Of a stretch of 64,000 nt of DNA, positions 19,819-30,932 are shown piece after piece. The stretch is from a virus (taxonomy: Duplodnaviria; Heunggongvirae; Uroviricota; Caudoviricetes): IMG/VR virus record IMGVR_UViG_3300023210_000016. The stretch is one strand, 5' to 3'. The position numbers and the translations under genes were made by a program. The notes beneath the pieces are model-generated. The model saw only the letters and a list, made by a program, of their open reading frames with translations. It searched no databases and was not told the DNA's origin. How positions within the stretch are numbered: position 1 is the first letter of the stretch; the number at the start of each line of letters is the position of its first letter.

Positions 19819-21561
19819 TTATACAATCGGAGGAAAAGTGTCTGCTGGGCTATCCACATTCGGTGTTTTCAAAATATCCAATATTTTACGATTTAGAACA
19901 GGTTTTTCTTGCAATCCTTCTCTTAGTGGACCCAGATGTTTGTCGTATTTCTTCCAGAAATCCAATGCAGATCGATACAATGGCTTGCGGACTTGAAACA
20001 AACTGGCTGTCCAGACTGCTCGGTCGGTATTATAGTAGTTCTTTAACTCATCTTCCCAATCAAGGTCCAAGAAATCTAGAACCCGATGAACTTGGTTGTC
20101 AAAATCATCTACCATATCTTCATACTGCAATGACAGGATAGACTCGGGATATAATCGTTCCCAGTGTTCCATCAATGGCTCGTACACTTGGCGATAATAC
20201 TTCCCTACTTCATACAGATCGTATGTGTAATGCCATGTGTCTTCTGATGCCCAGACTTGTTGGAAATTAGAAAAACAACATGCCATTGGGTCACGCTTAC
20301 AATGAATGAATTTGGTGTTCGGCAACATCGACTTGATCAAACCAAGATAGTAATAATTGCTTGGTGTCTTGTCGATCATGTAAGTCTTTTCAGGCCACCG
20401 TTTGGCCAGCGAGTTATCGTATTGTTGTCCTAGTATTCTGAACCTATTTGGAGATACTTGGTTCATTGTATATGGGTGCGGCTGTGGGGGTTCAATGCCT
20501 TGCATGGCAATCTCGCCTTTTAGATCATTCAGAAAATCATTGATGTTGTTCAATTCTCCTTCAGAATGTACCTTTGTATGGGTTGCTAATGCCTGATCAA
20601 TCAGGGTTGTGCCTGATCGTGGCATGCCAATAATATACAACGGCATCGTTTGCTCGTCGCCATGAGGTGGTTGACGCTCTACGAATTCTGGGGTGAATAC
20701 TTCTTTGATGTTGAATTGATATTGCAGTACGTTCTCGAATTTATATCCGTTGTCTTTCATATCTTCGTGGATTTGCTTGTTACCAGCTTCCAGATATTCG
20801 AAGGCGTCATCGATCTCGTCAAACTGTTGATATATTTGTGATATAGCAATATTGATTCGCCCGAAATCGTAGTTCGATTGTGGTGGGCCAGACAACTTAC
20901 TCAACATATCATCAATGAATGCTTTTCCATCTTCTAGGGTATCAAACTTTTTGAATTGGATGAGTGATCGCCACGTTGGGATATGGTCCGGTCGAAATTC
21001 GAGACCTTTTTCCAGATCAAAGATTCCTTGCTCGACGTTACCTGCACTAACATGACAAATTCCTCTGTTGTGCCACGAAAAGAACAATTCGGGATCACGT
21101 TCTAGTGCGAAATCGAATGCTTTGATTGCCTGATCGAGTTGGTTCAATGCTTTGAATGCACCGCCAAGTTCATTGAAATACACAGCGTTGGTATCATCAA
21201 TACGAATTGCATTCAGGAATTGCTCAACCGCTAGGTCCATGTGTCCAGAACTAAAGAACATGAAACCAAGATCGTAATAATATTCGGGATTGTCGGGGTC
21301 GATCTCAACTGCGCCCTTCATTGCCAGTGCTGCGAGTTTGAACTCACCTGCGTGAAAGGCTATCTTGGAAATACCCTTGAATGCAAGAGGTTGTTGAAGG
21401 TCACGTTGTAATACCTCTTTGAGCAACTTCTCTGCTTCTTCGTATTCTTTGGTTTCTACTAGTTCTAACCCGTGTTTGAGTTTTCGTTCGGTTATTACTT
21501 TGTATTCTTTCTTGGCTTGGCGTTCTTGATCTTTCTCTTTAGATTTCTTTGATTTTGCCAT
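19819..21561 (-). CDS. TPR-repeat protein fused to a sulfotransferase domain, 580 aa
   Basis: N-terminal TPR-like repeats (YYYDLGFMFF...AIK); C-terminal 'GMPRSGTTL' 5'-PSB sulfotransferase motif. Confidence 0.6.
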   Translation of the reverse strand: MAKSKKSKEKDQERQAKKEYKVITERKLKHGLELVETKEYEEAEKLLKEVLQRDLQQPLAFKGISKIAFHAGEFKLAALAMKGAVEIDPDNPEYYYDLGFMFFSSGHMDLAVEQFLNAIRIDDTNAVYFNELGGAFKALNQLDQAIKAFDFALERDPELFFSWHNRGICHVSAGNVEQGIFDLEKGLEFRPDHIPTWRSLIQFKKFDTLEDGKAFIDDMLSKLSGPPQSNYDFGRINIAISQIYQQFDEIDDAFEYLEAGNKQIHEDMKDNGYKFENVLQYQFNIKEVFTPEFVERQPPHGDEQTMPLYIIGMPRSGTTLIDQALATHTKVHSEGELNNINDFLNDLKGEIAMQGIEPPQPHPYTMNQVSPNRFRILGQQYDNSLAKRWPEKTYMIDKTPSNYYYLGLIKSMLPNTKFIHCKRDPMACCFSNFQQVWASEDTWHYTYDLYEVGKYYRQVYEPLMEHWERLYPESILSLQYEDMVDDFDNQVHRVLDFLDLDWEDELKNYYNTDRAVWTASLFQVRKPLYRSALDFWKKYDKHLGPLREGLQEKPVLNRKILDILKTPNVDSPADTFPPIV

Positions 21562-23819
21562 TATGCGTTCAAGTAGTTCCTTTCTGTCTGCTGTTGGACG
21601 GGAATAGACTGATCGGATACCGTTAGTGTCAAATCAGCTAAGAAAATATAAGGGTGATTCAAGTGATGAACCACGGCGTAAGCGGCCACATCCGATCCTT
21701 CGAATGGGATATCGACTGCGTGATCGTATGAGAATGAGAATGGTGTTTGGTTCCAGCCAATCTTAACACTCAATAATGTTCCGGAACCGCCTGTCATGGC
21801 ATTAGTATCAACATTGTTGGGACGTAATGTATATGAACCCGCGTCTGTGATCGTGACAGAATCAACCACGCCAGTAGTTACGTTTACCGTACCGGTGGAT
21901 GCGGTACTTGCTGTTCCGCCATTTACCGTAACAGTTTCGCCCTGTACATAACCGCTTCCACCGTTAACAACTGTAAAAGTTGCAACTGTTTCAACACTAT
22001 CTTCGATACCTGTTCCGAGTTCGGTACGTAATCCGTCATCAGTGAACAGTCTAATTTCAGACCCAGCACGTGCACCAGTGATACTAAACGTTGTTTGAAC
22101 TGGTTCTGTTCTAACTGTTCCGCCATTATCCAATGCTTGGTAAAATGCTTTGTCATCGGTGTGAACATTTTTCAATGCAACGCCACGCGCACAGAAGAAG
22201 GTACCACCGGCAAAGGTTCCAAATGGCGCGGCCTTGATCGGAGTAATAGCTTCAATTGTTATACCAGATGACATAGTTATGTTGTCGGTGCCGTCAATTC
22301 CTAGGGTTGCTGCAGCACCATCAGTTTCGAATACGCCTCGGGTATCTCTCAGCATTAGGTATTTGTTGGTAATATCATGTGCGACTATTTCTGTCGTTAG
22401 GGTTGTTCCATCGGCCAATACTTGTGTGATCGTGCTGCCGTCGGCCATATTGGCGGGGGTTCCATTGATTGTTGTGTAATCAATTCGATTATCAATACCG
22501 ATATATTGTTGTCCTTCGATGCCATCCAATGACACAGCGGACCCACGTCGTGTTTGGTATTTCATGCGCTCATACAAATCAGTTAAGCGAATGGTACTGC
22601 TGAGATCAATAACAATACTGTAGTTTTCATTTACAACATCTTGATCAATATCAAGTGAGCTATCAAGCCCAAATGTTGGTGCTAGCGCATCTGCGGGGCC
22701 GGGGCTGGCATTAGCTGCCGCACCTGATGTGCCTATATCACCAGCGATTGATCCGAGAATATTCTCAGAGGCATTGAAATCGGTTAAATCTCCGACCAGA
22801 TAATACGTCAGCAATGTAGCGGAATATGCGGTCACGATAGCGACGGCGGTGGAGGTTTGGCCGGTCGCGATCTCACCTTCCACAAATGCAACAGTCGGTG
22901 TCGTGTGTGCTATTTCTCGGTAACCGGTTGTGTTGTTCAAATCATCACCAGTACCCAATGGAATAGCGGTTCGTCCACCCGTGGCTACGTTAGTTACGAA
23001 GTTATCGAACAGTTTACTGTATTGTCTTGCATAGATCGTCAACAATCCACGATCAGTTAATGTGTCTTGATCGGTGGTCAATACCAAAATATCAATATGA
23101 CCATCGCCCCACCATGCACCGGAGCCGGTGTCTTCTGTGTTGCTGATAGCTGCATTATCTTGAGCAACATAAACACGAGTGTTGGCTTCAATCGTACCAA
23201 TTGAGAAAATGTTGGACCAGATCATTTCACCAGTCGTTCGTGGCCCGCTTTGTGTTCCTGCGGTCGCGGTACCGCCCGTGACATTCATCACTCCGACTGA
23301 ACCAAGCCAATCATGTGCAGATGCCTCACTGGTAGGCCGTATCCATACATATCCTGCAGTGTTGTCATAATCCAATACACGACCGGTAGAGCCTGATGTA
23401 GCATTTGTAACCAATCGGCCACGATCAGTTGTGACGAATAAGCCAGATGTCATGGGCACCTTTACAATACCAGCGGACACCGTGTCTTCTCTTGTCCAAT
23501 TGACCGATGATAGCGCACCACCCGTCAGGTGTTTGATACTTTCTTCGTCAATAAACCACGGTTCACCATCACCCACATCGAATGATCCTATTTGGTACTC
23601 GGTCGGGGTGACGGCTCTCATGGGAGTTGTTAAGTTAGCGGTTGAAACCGGTGTTTGGTTTCCGGGATCATTGAACAAGTGCATTAGTTCTGAGTACAGT
23701 TCATTCACTGTGTTAGTTCCGACACCACCAACCCACACGAGTTGTTTATAACCAACGGTGGCGGCGGCGGTTTCGTCGTAAAACACATCCCAATTTGTGA
23801 GTATGGTTTGCTTAGTCAT
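21561..23819 (-). CDS. Large tail fibre/structural protein, 752 aa
   Basis: Long G/T/S-rich ORF; ATGA overlap with neighbours. Confidence 0.55.
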   Translation of the reverse strand: MTKQTILTNWDVFYDETAAATVGYKQLVWVGGVGTNTVNELYSELMHLFNDPGNQTPVSTANLTTPMRAVTPTEYQIGSFDVGDGEPWFIDEESIKHLTGGALSSVNWTREDTVSAGIVKVPMTSGLFVTTDRGRLVTNATSGSTGRVLDYDNTAGYVWIRPTSEASAHDWLGSVGVMNVTGGTATAGTQSGPRTTGEMIWSNIFSIGTIEANTRVYVAQDNAAISNTEDTGSGAWWGDGHIDILVLTTDQDTLTDRGLLTIYARQYSKLFDNFVTNVATGGRTAIPLGTGDDLNNTTGYREIAHTTPTVAFVEGEIATGQTSTAVAIVTAYSATLLTYYLVGDLTDFNASENILGSIAGDIGTSGAAANASPGPADALAPTFGLDSSLDIDQDVVNENYSIVIDLSSTIRLTDLYERMKYQTRRGSAVSLDGIEGQQYIGIDNRIDYTTINGTPANMADGSTITQVLADGTTLTTEIVAHDITNKYLMLRDTRGVFETDGAAATLGIDGTDNITMSSGITIEAITPIKAAPFGTFAGGTFFCARGVALKNVHTDDKAFYQALDNGGTVRTEPVQTTFSITGARAGSEIRLFTDDGLRTELGTGIEDSVETVATFTVVNGGSGYVQGETVTVNGGTASTASTGTVNVTTGVVDSVTITDAGSYTLRPNNVDTNAMTGGSGTLLSVKIGWNQTPFSFSYDHAVDIPFEGSDVAAYAVVHHLNHPYIFLADLTLTVSDQSIPVQQQTERNYLNA

Positions 23820-26131
23820 TAGATAGTGTCCTTGGCGATGCTATCTACAACAAGTGTAATTGTTGCTGCAAACGCTGTCGCGCCCACTGTTCCAGTTGCT
23901 GAGTTATTGATATAGCGAACAGGATTCAATTCTGGATTGGCAGTTATTGCGCCAAGGGTGATGCCACCACCTGCTGCAATTGCCAATGCTGCCGTAGTGT
24001 ACATTTCAACAACCGTTGTGTTGATAACTTCTACGTAATAGGTTGTGCCAGCCGTTAATTCTGTCATAGAACCATTTGTTTCATCCCACACCACAGCATC
24101 GCCCGTCTGAAATTTGTGTGTCGCAGTTGTGGTAAGTTGATCCACTGAGCGTGATGCTACTTGAGCAGTATTAGCTGATTGACGAACACGATACAGGATT
24201 GCGCCCAAACTTGCCGCCACCGTTGTGGATACTACGCCTAATTCATCAGTCGCTGTCCAATCTTGAATAAGAGTACCATCGCCTTGAGCAAGATAAACCT
24301 CCGCACCAGATAATAAATCACCAGCAGCATTCTGAACAGTAATATCAAGACCGACGTTATTATTAATTGTAAGCGTTGACGAATTTACATTGTCTTGATT
24401 GCCAGATATTAATGCAGTATCAGATGTACACCCTGTTAAATTAATAACTACCGTTGCACCAACCGGAAAATCAACTCTAAAGTCATTGGTATTACCAGAA
24501 AAAGCAAAATTTGTAATATTATAGGTTGTTGTTCCCGCAGAAGTACCTTTTAATAGTACACCCTTAGAACAGTTCTGAATGGTTAAATCTCTAACTGTAT
24601 CGCTTGCCGGATCAGCAGAACCCAAATCAACCGCCGCATGTTTTGCAGGCGTTGTGGATGCGCCGATAGTAGTTTTCTTTAAGAAGGCTCCGTTTCTCAC
24701 TCGTATACTACCCATATTAGCAAGAGTACAACCAACCATATCAACATTTGGATCTTCTAAACGGATATCACCAATCATTCCCACAGAACCTTCATCAATT
24801 AGAGGTACAGTACCAGTGCTGGTGAAAGCTGATATTCTCGCACGTATCCAGTAACGAGTTACGGAGTTAACAGCAACCGTTGCCCAATCATCAGGTATAG
24901 AATATGTAACGGTGTTTGGGCCTGTTGTGGTGAAACCATTAGTGCCATCTGTTAAATCGGTTAATGCAGAATAAGCGGCACCATCCCAATATTCCCATAC
25001 AATCGTATAGGTGCCTGTTTTAGCTGTACCTACGTCAATCGTGATGTTGTAAAATCTTTCATCGTGTCCTACATAGAAAGCATCATTTACCGCAGGAGAA
25101 GGAAAAGGTGATGCATCATTGACACCCGCATCATTAAAATCTCTTGTAATATCTGTGAAACCGGGTGCTGATCTAAACGCTGTTCTTGCTGCATCATTAT
25201 ATATTCCAGCAGATGGACCCAATAAAGTAACACCATAATAATTGACAGCATCCACATTAGCGTCTGTTGCTTCAATACGAAAAGGTACAACACCCGCAGA
25301 CTGGATAACGCCGCCTGATGCACCCGCTTGATCGACACCAGTACCAGATGTTGTTCCTAATTGAAAATGATTTGTGCCTGTTGAGTTACCAACGTGCCTT
25401 AATCTATATATTGAACCCGACATTGTTAAATCTTCAAATACAAGAACTTTATTTGATTCTTCAAAATACGTTGTTGTTGTGCTTACGCTATCGCCAAAAT
25501 CTAATCCTGCGTTAAGATAAAAAACTCCACCAACTGGTCTTAAGATTCCGTAGCCAGAAGCTTCATCGGCTGTACCTATTTCACTAAATAGTCCTCTTGC
25601 GCCAGTTGTGCCGCCTCGAACCACAGCAAAATTTCCCGAAAACAAAGCATCACCGACATCCAAATCTTTACCGTTACCGTTTAGCCACGCCAAGTGGATA
25701 ACCGATCCTGCACTTGTGATTGCCGGAGGTGTACCACCTGTAAAATCAAATGGTTGTAGCGGGTCAGCCGCAAGCATCATCCATCCATTGTAAACAACAA
25801 CTTGTCTTTCTGATCCGTATGTTGACCATCCACCATAGTTGGTGTTAGTTCCTATACCAACTGATGCACCCGGAGTTGCCACAGTGTTAATTGACTGTGC
25901 TAATTTAAGCCAGATTCTAATATGAGTGTCTGTCCAATTACGAGCCGTGCTGTTAGCAATAAATCCTGTGCCTGTGTTCACACGAGCTTGAATATTATTA
26001 GTTCCTTGAACACCGTTGTTTGCGATTGCAATCTTTGACATTGAACCACCTACAGACCAACCACCTATCACCTCTGCACCGTTTAATAGCACGAAATCAC
26101 CATCTGTTATAGGATCATATGTTACTGCCAT
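23819..26131 (-). CDS. Large tail fibre/structural protein, 770 aa
   Basis: Long G/T/S/N-rich ORF. Confidence 0.55.
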   Translation of the reverse strand: MAVTYDPITDGDFVLLNGAEVIGGWSVGGSMSKIAIANNGVQGTNNIQARVNTGTGFIANSTARNWTDTHIRIWLKLAQSINTVATPGASVGIGTNTNYGGWSTYGSERQVVVYNGWMMLAADPLQPFDFTGGTPPAITSAGSVIHLAWLNGNGKDLDVGDALFSGNFAVVRGGTTGARGLFSEIGTADEASGYGILRPVGGVFYLNAGLDFGDSVSTTTTYFEESNKVLVFEDLTMSGSIYRLRHVGNSTGTNHFQLGTTSGTGVDQAGASGGVIQSAGVVPFRIEATDANVDAVNYYGVTLLGPSAGIYNDAARTAFRSAPGFTDITRDFNDAGVNDASPFPSPAVNDAFYVGHDERFYNITIDVGTAKTGTYTIVWEYWDGAAYSALTDLTDGTNGFTTTGPNTVTYSIPDDWATVAVNSVTRYWIRARISAFTSTGTVPLIDEGSVGMIGDIRLEDPNVDMVGCTLANMGSIRVRNGAFLKKTTIGASTTPAKHAAVDLGSADPASDTVRDLTIQNCSKGVLLKGTSAGTTTYNITNFAFSGNTNDFRVDFPVGATVVINLTGCTSDTALISGNQDNVNSSTLTINNNVGLDITVQNAAGDLLSGAEVYLAQGDGTLIQDWTATDELGVVSTTVAASLGAILYRVRQSANTAQVASRSVDQLTTTATHKFQTGDAVVWDETNGSMTELTAGTTYYVEVINTTVVEMYTTAALAIAAGGGITLGAITANPELNPVRYINNSATGTVGATAFAATITLVVDSIAKDTI

Positions 26132-26562
26132 TTTTTACTCCAACGATCCTGAATTGCACTCGATAAGCAACTAAAAGCATGTGCTTCAAACGGCTCTGGA
26201 TGCAAAGTCCGTAATTTTATTTTCGTTCCGTTACTGATATCAGAATCACCAAAACCATAATTATCATGTCCAACTACATATACCACATTATCTTCAGGAT
26301 GATTAAATTCATCAAGGTATGTGGTTGCAGTTGGATCAAAATAGACAAAAGTATAATTAGGATAAGTTTCTTGAACAGCCTCTAATGTCGGAAACTGTGT
26401 CTTACACATAGAGTCATAGTCAGCATCTTCTGGATGAATACACGCCAATTCGCCACCATATAGATAGCAGAGTTGATCAGCAAAAGATGTACTAGCAGGA
26501 GTAGCCATTGACAACATGCCTCCGAACTCGTCACCTTCAGTATGAAATATGTATTTTATCAC
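26122..26562 (-). CDS. Hypothetical protein, 146 aa
   Basis: ORF. Confidence 0.4.
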   Translation of the reverse strand: MIKYIFHTEGDEFGGMLSMATPASTSFADQLCYLYGGELACIHPEDADYDSMCKTQFPTLEAVQETYPNYTFVYFDPTATTYLDEFNHPEDNVVYVVGHDNYGFGDSDISNGTKIKLRTLHPEPFEAHAFSCLSSAIQDRWSKKWQ

Positions 26563-26565
26563 AGG

Positions 26566-26964
26566 CTACTCCAGTGTGATTCTAGGAGTCACGCTAATCT
26601 GGTCACCGTTGTTCGCGATGTTAAAAGGACCGTTTGTGAAGCGTTCTGCCCACATCAACTCGCCACCGGTATCCCGAGTGATGTAATAGCCGTATACGTT
26701 GCCTACAGAGGCACTGAACGTCCATGTGATCACTGTGTGGTCCGCAGCACTTGGAGCGCCTGTGACCACTGTCCAGTTGCCCGGTGTCAATGATTGTGCA
26801 GCATATCCGCCACCAGTTACTTCAGTGTATGAGCCAACGGTGTCTGTTTCGATTGGGGAGTAATCATTTGAATACAATCTGATCGAAAGTTCTTCGGGTA
26901 CATCCTTGTTCAAGATGTAATCAAGCATGATCCCCTCGGCGGTGTTGTTTACTACTAGAGCCAT
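26566..26964 (-). CDS. Hypothetical small structural-like protein, 132 aa
   Basis: ORF; beta-rich composition. Confidence 0.4.
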   Translation of the reverse strand: MALVVNNTAEGIMLDYILNKDVPEELSIRLYSNDYSPIETDTVGSYTEVTGGGYAAQSLTPGNWTVVTGAPSAADHTVITWTFSASVGNVYGYYITRDTGGELMWAERFTNGPFNIANNGDQISVTPRITLE

Positions 26965-27461
26965 TATTCTTGTTCCTCAATTGATTCTTCTATGCGCTCA
27001 ATGTTACCCTGATCGTCGCGGATCACATTCTGTGTTTTCTTTTGGGTGGGCATCGTTACGTTAACGATTGGTGTAGGGATTTCGAACTTCAAGTTCTCGA
27101 TCCGCTTCACGCTCTCAGCTAACATTGATACGGTTTCCGCAAGCCCAGCAAGCATGTTTGACATGTCTTTGCGTTCTTCCAGTAGAAGATTGAGCATCTT
27201 TGCAGAAGCATCCTCGGTCACCGCCTTCTTAGCGCGTGGTTTGCGCTTTTTAGGGGCCGGTCCTGCTTTGACTTCTTCGATTGCTTCTTTGAGTGCGCCG
27301 ATCTCTATCAAAGAACTTTGATTGGCTACCTTCTCGGCTTCCGCTGCAGCCTCGGCCTGTTCGGCAACGACTTTATCCGCAGCCAGACGTGCTTTCTCAG
27401 CGTCTGCTTCGGCAGTTTCTTCAAAGATTTTGGTAAAGTTTGCTTTTGCTTGTGTCACCAT
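26964..27461 (-). CDS. Ala/Glu-rich coiled-coil protein, 165 aa (scaffold-like)
   Basis: AEA/KxE heptad-like composition; basic 'KKRKPRAKK' patch. Confidence 0.4.
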   Translation of the reverse strand: MVTQAKANFTKIFEETAEADAEKARLAADKVVAEQAEAAAEAEKVANQSSLIEIGALKEAIEEVKAGPAPKKRKPRAKKAVTEDASAKMLNLLLEERKDMSNMLAGLAETVSMLAESVKRIENLKFEIPTPIVNVTMPTQKKTQNVIRDDQGNIERIEESIEEQE

Positions 27462-27727
27462 TGATATTCCTGTTATATGTAGTATTTAGCTCAAACATAC
27501 AACAGGAACAGAATTTAACTATGTCCGGACAGCAAAAATCTGGACCTCGGCTTCGTATTTCTCGTCCTGAGAGTCAAATACGTATTCCACTCCCAAAATA
27601 ACATCGTCCACGCTGGCATCATATGTTCGAATTTCAAGGTAGTCATCTATAACTCGGACAACCTGCCCTACCACGATATAATTGATGTTATCCTTCAACA
27701 TCGTCGCCATGACATGCTTGTTTAACA

Positions 27728-28612
27728 TTACTTTTCCTTCTTTCTTGTACGAAAAGATTGCTTGTTGAATCCAGCTTTGTGTATCTTGGTTTCATTGGAA
27801 ACCTCAACCATGACCGGAGAATTCCCGCCAAGTATGCCAGAAATGAACATAGAAAGTTCTTGAAATGCCATGAAGGCATTGAATTTCTTGTAGAACTGGA
27901 TATCCTTCAAAACAGGGTTCTCGGTGACCTCGTGCATATCCGAAAACTGTCCATCAACAATCTTGAACACAGGGATTTTCTTGACGATATGCAGTTCCAA
28001 TAATGCCTTCTCGTTGTGTTGTGTGTCCGCGAACAGAGCATCAACGATGTTACGATGTAAATGTGGCCGCATGAAACTGTATTTGAATGACTCGGTTCCG
28101 TCATAATCGGCCAAATATTTCTTGGTTGAATGTTTCTCTATCAATGCATGAACGGTTTCGGCATCATAACAGTGCACAATTCGTGTGCCATCAACCATCC
28201 GACCAGAATGTTCTGATTGAACCTTGATTGGTTCATTGATCATTAATACAGGATACAATTTCCCGCAAAATAGCACAATAAATCCACCATGATACAATGC
28301 GTCATCGTTGTTCCATCCCCGTACTTGTGGGATGCGTTTGAATAGCCGCTTGATATCAGTGTTTTCCATAAAGGTATTGATGAACACACGAACAACATCA
28401 ATGCCTTTGCGATACCCACCAGCGGCATTAAAATTCTCAGGCGCACGGGTATACACCACGTTGGGGTCAATACCGTACCCCAACGCCGTGTCATAATAGT
28501 CCCGTGTTTTAGAGATTATTCGCATTTCTTCAGTTTCCCAACGACCGATCCAAATGAGTTGATTGAAAGCTGGATTTTGTACCCGCCACCGAATGCAGTA
28601 CAAACGTAGCAT
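27728..28612 (-). CDS. Hypothetical protein, 294 aa in track; likely true start at Met ~28525
   Basis: ORF; the upstream part overlaps the 3' end of 28516..29406. Confidence 0.4.
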   Translation of the reverse strand: MLRLYCIRWRVQNPAFNQLIWIGRWETEEMRIISKTRDYYDTALGYGIDPNVVYTRAPENFNAAGGYRKGIDVVRVFINTFMENTDIKRLFKRIPQVRGWNNDDALYHGGFIVLFCGKLYPVLMINEPIKVQSEHSGRMVDGTRIVHCYDAETVHALIEKHSTKKYLADYDGTESFKYSFMRPHLHRNIVDALFADTQHNEKALLELHIVKKIPVFKIVDGQFSDMHEVTENPVLKDIQFYKKFNAFMAFQELSMFISGILGGNSPVMVEVSNETKIHKAGFNKQSFRTRKKEK

Positions 28613-29406
28613 TCTTTGGTGGAGTTCACTTTCCAGTTCTCTTTGTCATACATCTTGGTCAGAGACGATTTGAATGCGTATTCCAGATCGGTGTCTTCGA
28701 TATCTAAATTACCAAACTTGTCATAAAACCTCTCGAACAATGCAGACTGAATGGCTTTCTGTTCAGCATATTGCTCAATGATATGCTCAAGGGCGTCATC
28801 GTAAGGGAAGTCTGTAAGCTCCGTGGCTTCGCCGAGAACGATGGTAGCTGGTTTCTTGGGGTTCACCCACGGAACACCTAACATTGGGTTCACAGTGCCG
28901 CCCTCGCGGTTACCCTGCCGTTCCATGATCTGTTCTTTCCAATCACTTGGTGGGCGGTGTACCGGCTTCATTACGACATCATCTTCGACATCACTGATCT
29001 GAAATCCACCGTTAATGTCGGTCAATTCGTAATCGTAGTTTTCTGCCGCTTTATTGGCATCCAATTCGGCCTGACGTTCAGGGGTGACTTCGGGTTCCGG
29101 CGCTGCATTGAAAGCATCGGCGGTATCCTTTTTCATTTGATCGAGAAACCCTTGATCCAGCGTGTCGCCATCTTCGTCGGCCAGCTTGCCAACCAGTTCA
29201 CCATCATCGCCTGTGTCAACGATCATCACGCCAGCAACACCGTCGCCAGTGCTCATTGCATCGTATTCCATCTTCATGGCATCCATGACAGTGGCCAATT
29301 CATCCGGGTAGTCAATAACCGCGCTCTGTACTGAATCGATACCGTAAACGGCAAGGCGTTTCGCCATTTCTGCTTTTACGATGGAGTCTTGAAAGTCGAG
29401 TGACAT
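28516..29406 (-). CDS. Hypothetical acidic protein, 296 aa
   Basis: ORF behind a strong promoter. Confidence 0.5.
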   Translation of the reverse strand: MSLDFQDSIVKAEMAKRLAVYGIDSVQSAVIDYPDELATVMDAMKMEYDAMSTGDGVAGVMIVDTGDDGELVGKLADEDGDTLDQGFLDQMKKDTADAFNAAPEPEVTPERQAELDANKAAENYDYELTDINGGFQISDVEDDVVMKPVHRPPSDWKEQIMERQGNREGGTVNPMLGVPWVNPKKPATIVLGEATELTDFPYDDALEHIIEQYAEQKAIQSALFERFYDKFGNLDIEDTDLEYAFKSSLTKMYDKENWKVNSTKECYVCTAFGGGYKIQLSINSFGSVVGKLKKCE

Positions 29407-29434
29407 TGTTCATTCCTTTATGTTTGATAACAAG

Positions 29435-29462
29435 AGTATACCAGAAATTGACGACCTGTCAA
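29435..29462 (-). promoter_or_regulatory. sigma70-like promoter TTGACA-N16-TATACT (minus strand)
   Basis: tgtcaa at 29457..29462 and agtata at 29435..29440 on the + strand. Confidence 0.55.
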
Positions 29463-29629
29463 TGATTATTTGTTAATCATTGCTCGGTTTGTACGAAAGT
29501 TGTTTGTATACGTTCTTCCAATACTGTTTCGCCCATTCCGATGTTGAAGCATACCATGCCATTTGAGCAGACGTGATACGATATTCACGAGCTACACCAG
29601 CATATGGCGGAACACTCGGCGGGTAACCT

Positions 29630-29875
29630 TTATTTGACGATGACATTTAATTCCTCTAGGTCTTCGATCAACACCATGTCGTAAGGCAATTCAACCCCTT
29701 CACCGGCCTTGATCTTGATTGCGGTTTCTCTTGCGGCAACGCTTTGAAGTTTCAAGTTCTTCATTAACGACGAAATGACTTTTTGAGTAGGGAATTCACC
29801 TACGTACCCTTGTACCAACATATTCGAACACCTTATTATATTCATTGATTTTACACCCTTTTGATGTAGCGTCAA
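29630..29875 (-). CDS. Hypothetical protein, 81 aa
   Basis: ORF. Confidence 0.35.
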   Translation of the reverse strand: MTLHQKGVKSMNIIRCSNMLVQGYVGEFPTQKVISSLMKNLKLQSVAARETAIKIKAGEGVELPYDMVLIEDLEELNVIVK

Positions 29876-29881
29876 TATTTA

Positions 29882-30229
29882 TCAGTAGAACCCGTGCTGC
29901 GCTAGTATTGCAACAAAAACAGCCATTTCTTCCTTGCACAATCCACCGGCACTTTTCGGATCGTATGTGTCTTTGCCTTCCACCACATGCGTAACCAATT
30001 GCTTCCATGCCCGTTCGGCAATATCTTCGTTGTCCATCATTACCCGCATCCAACTTCGTGCGACACGTTCTTTCCCAACGAAAAATGAGACAATTCGAAC
30101 AGGCCACGGAAAATACATCAATCCTTCTAATGTAGCCGTGACGATAATTGGGATTTTTACATGTTGTGGGGCACCGTACAATTCGAGGCCCAAGTTAACG
30201 ATCTCCAGTCGGTTTGTGTAGTCAACCAT
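29882..30229 (-). CDS. Hypothetical protein, 115 aa
   Basis: ORF. Confidence 0.4.
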   Translation of the reverse strand: MVDYTNRLEIVNLGLELYGAPQHVKIPIIVTATLEGLMYFPWPVRIVSFFVGKERVARSWMRVMMDNEDIAERAWKQLVTHVVEGKDTYDPKSAGGLCKEEMAVFVAILAQHGFY

Positions 30230-30551
30230 AATTTAACTCCTGTACATCAGCCATATACCAGCAAAGAAAAGTGCCAGTCCGAAATTACCAGACATCATCG
30301 ATATCAGTACTGCGATAGCCATTAAAAACGACATCAGGACCATACCCTCTTGAGTTCAATCCACATCGTGGCCCAAAATCCCTTCGGCTTGCCGTGGCAG
30401 CGTAAGTCAATTGGAATAGCATACTTCCCAGCCTTAACTAGAGCGTTATGATCTTGATGTCCAGTGTGCCTAAGCAGAAATCGCCAATGTGAGTTGGAGA
30501 TTACGACAACATCGTCGCCAAGTTTTTCTTTGATGTTTGAAAGAGTGTTCA

Positions 30552-30932
30552 TTAGCCTACCATTCCGTCAATGATTTCAATCAGGTCTTCGACAAACACG
30601 TTCTCGGAGTTCTTGCGAACTTTGTATTCATGCTTGTATGCTTGTCCGAATTCAACATCATACAGGTCCATGCTGTTCAGGGTAATGCTGACCCAGCCTT
30701 TTTTCTTGACCATGCCGGATGACTTGAAACGAAGGCCATTCTCAATGGCTGTCATGTCTTTGGCACCCCATGCCATCAATGCACAACGATCCATGGCGCG
30801 AATTTGATCTCTGATGATTGTTCCGGTGTTCATTTTGCCACCGTCAGGCCATATTTCTTGGCGTCTTCCAGTGCAGCTTTTTTGGTGTTGTAACGGTCGA
30901 ACTCGGACCCATCGCTGAACTTGGCAACCCAA
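30552..30932 (-). CDS. Hypothetical protein, 126 aa
   Basis: ORF. Confidence 0.35.
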   Translation of the reverse strand: MGCQVQRWVRVRPLQHQKSCTGRRQEIWPDGGKMNTGTIIRDQIRAMDRCALMAWGAKDMTAIENGLRFKSSGMVKKKGWVSITLNSMDLYDVEFGQAYKHEYKVRKNSENVFVEDLIEIIDGMVG

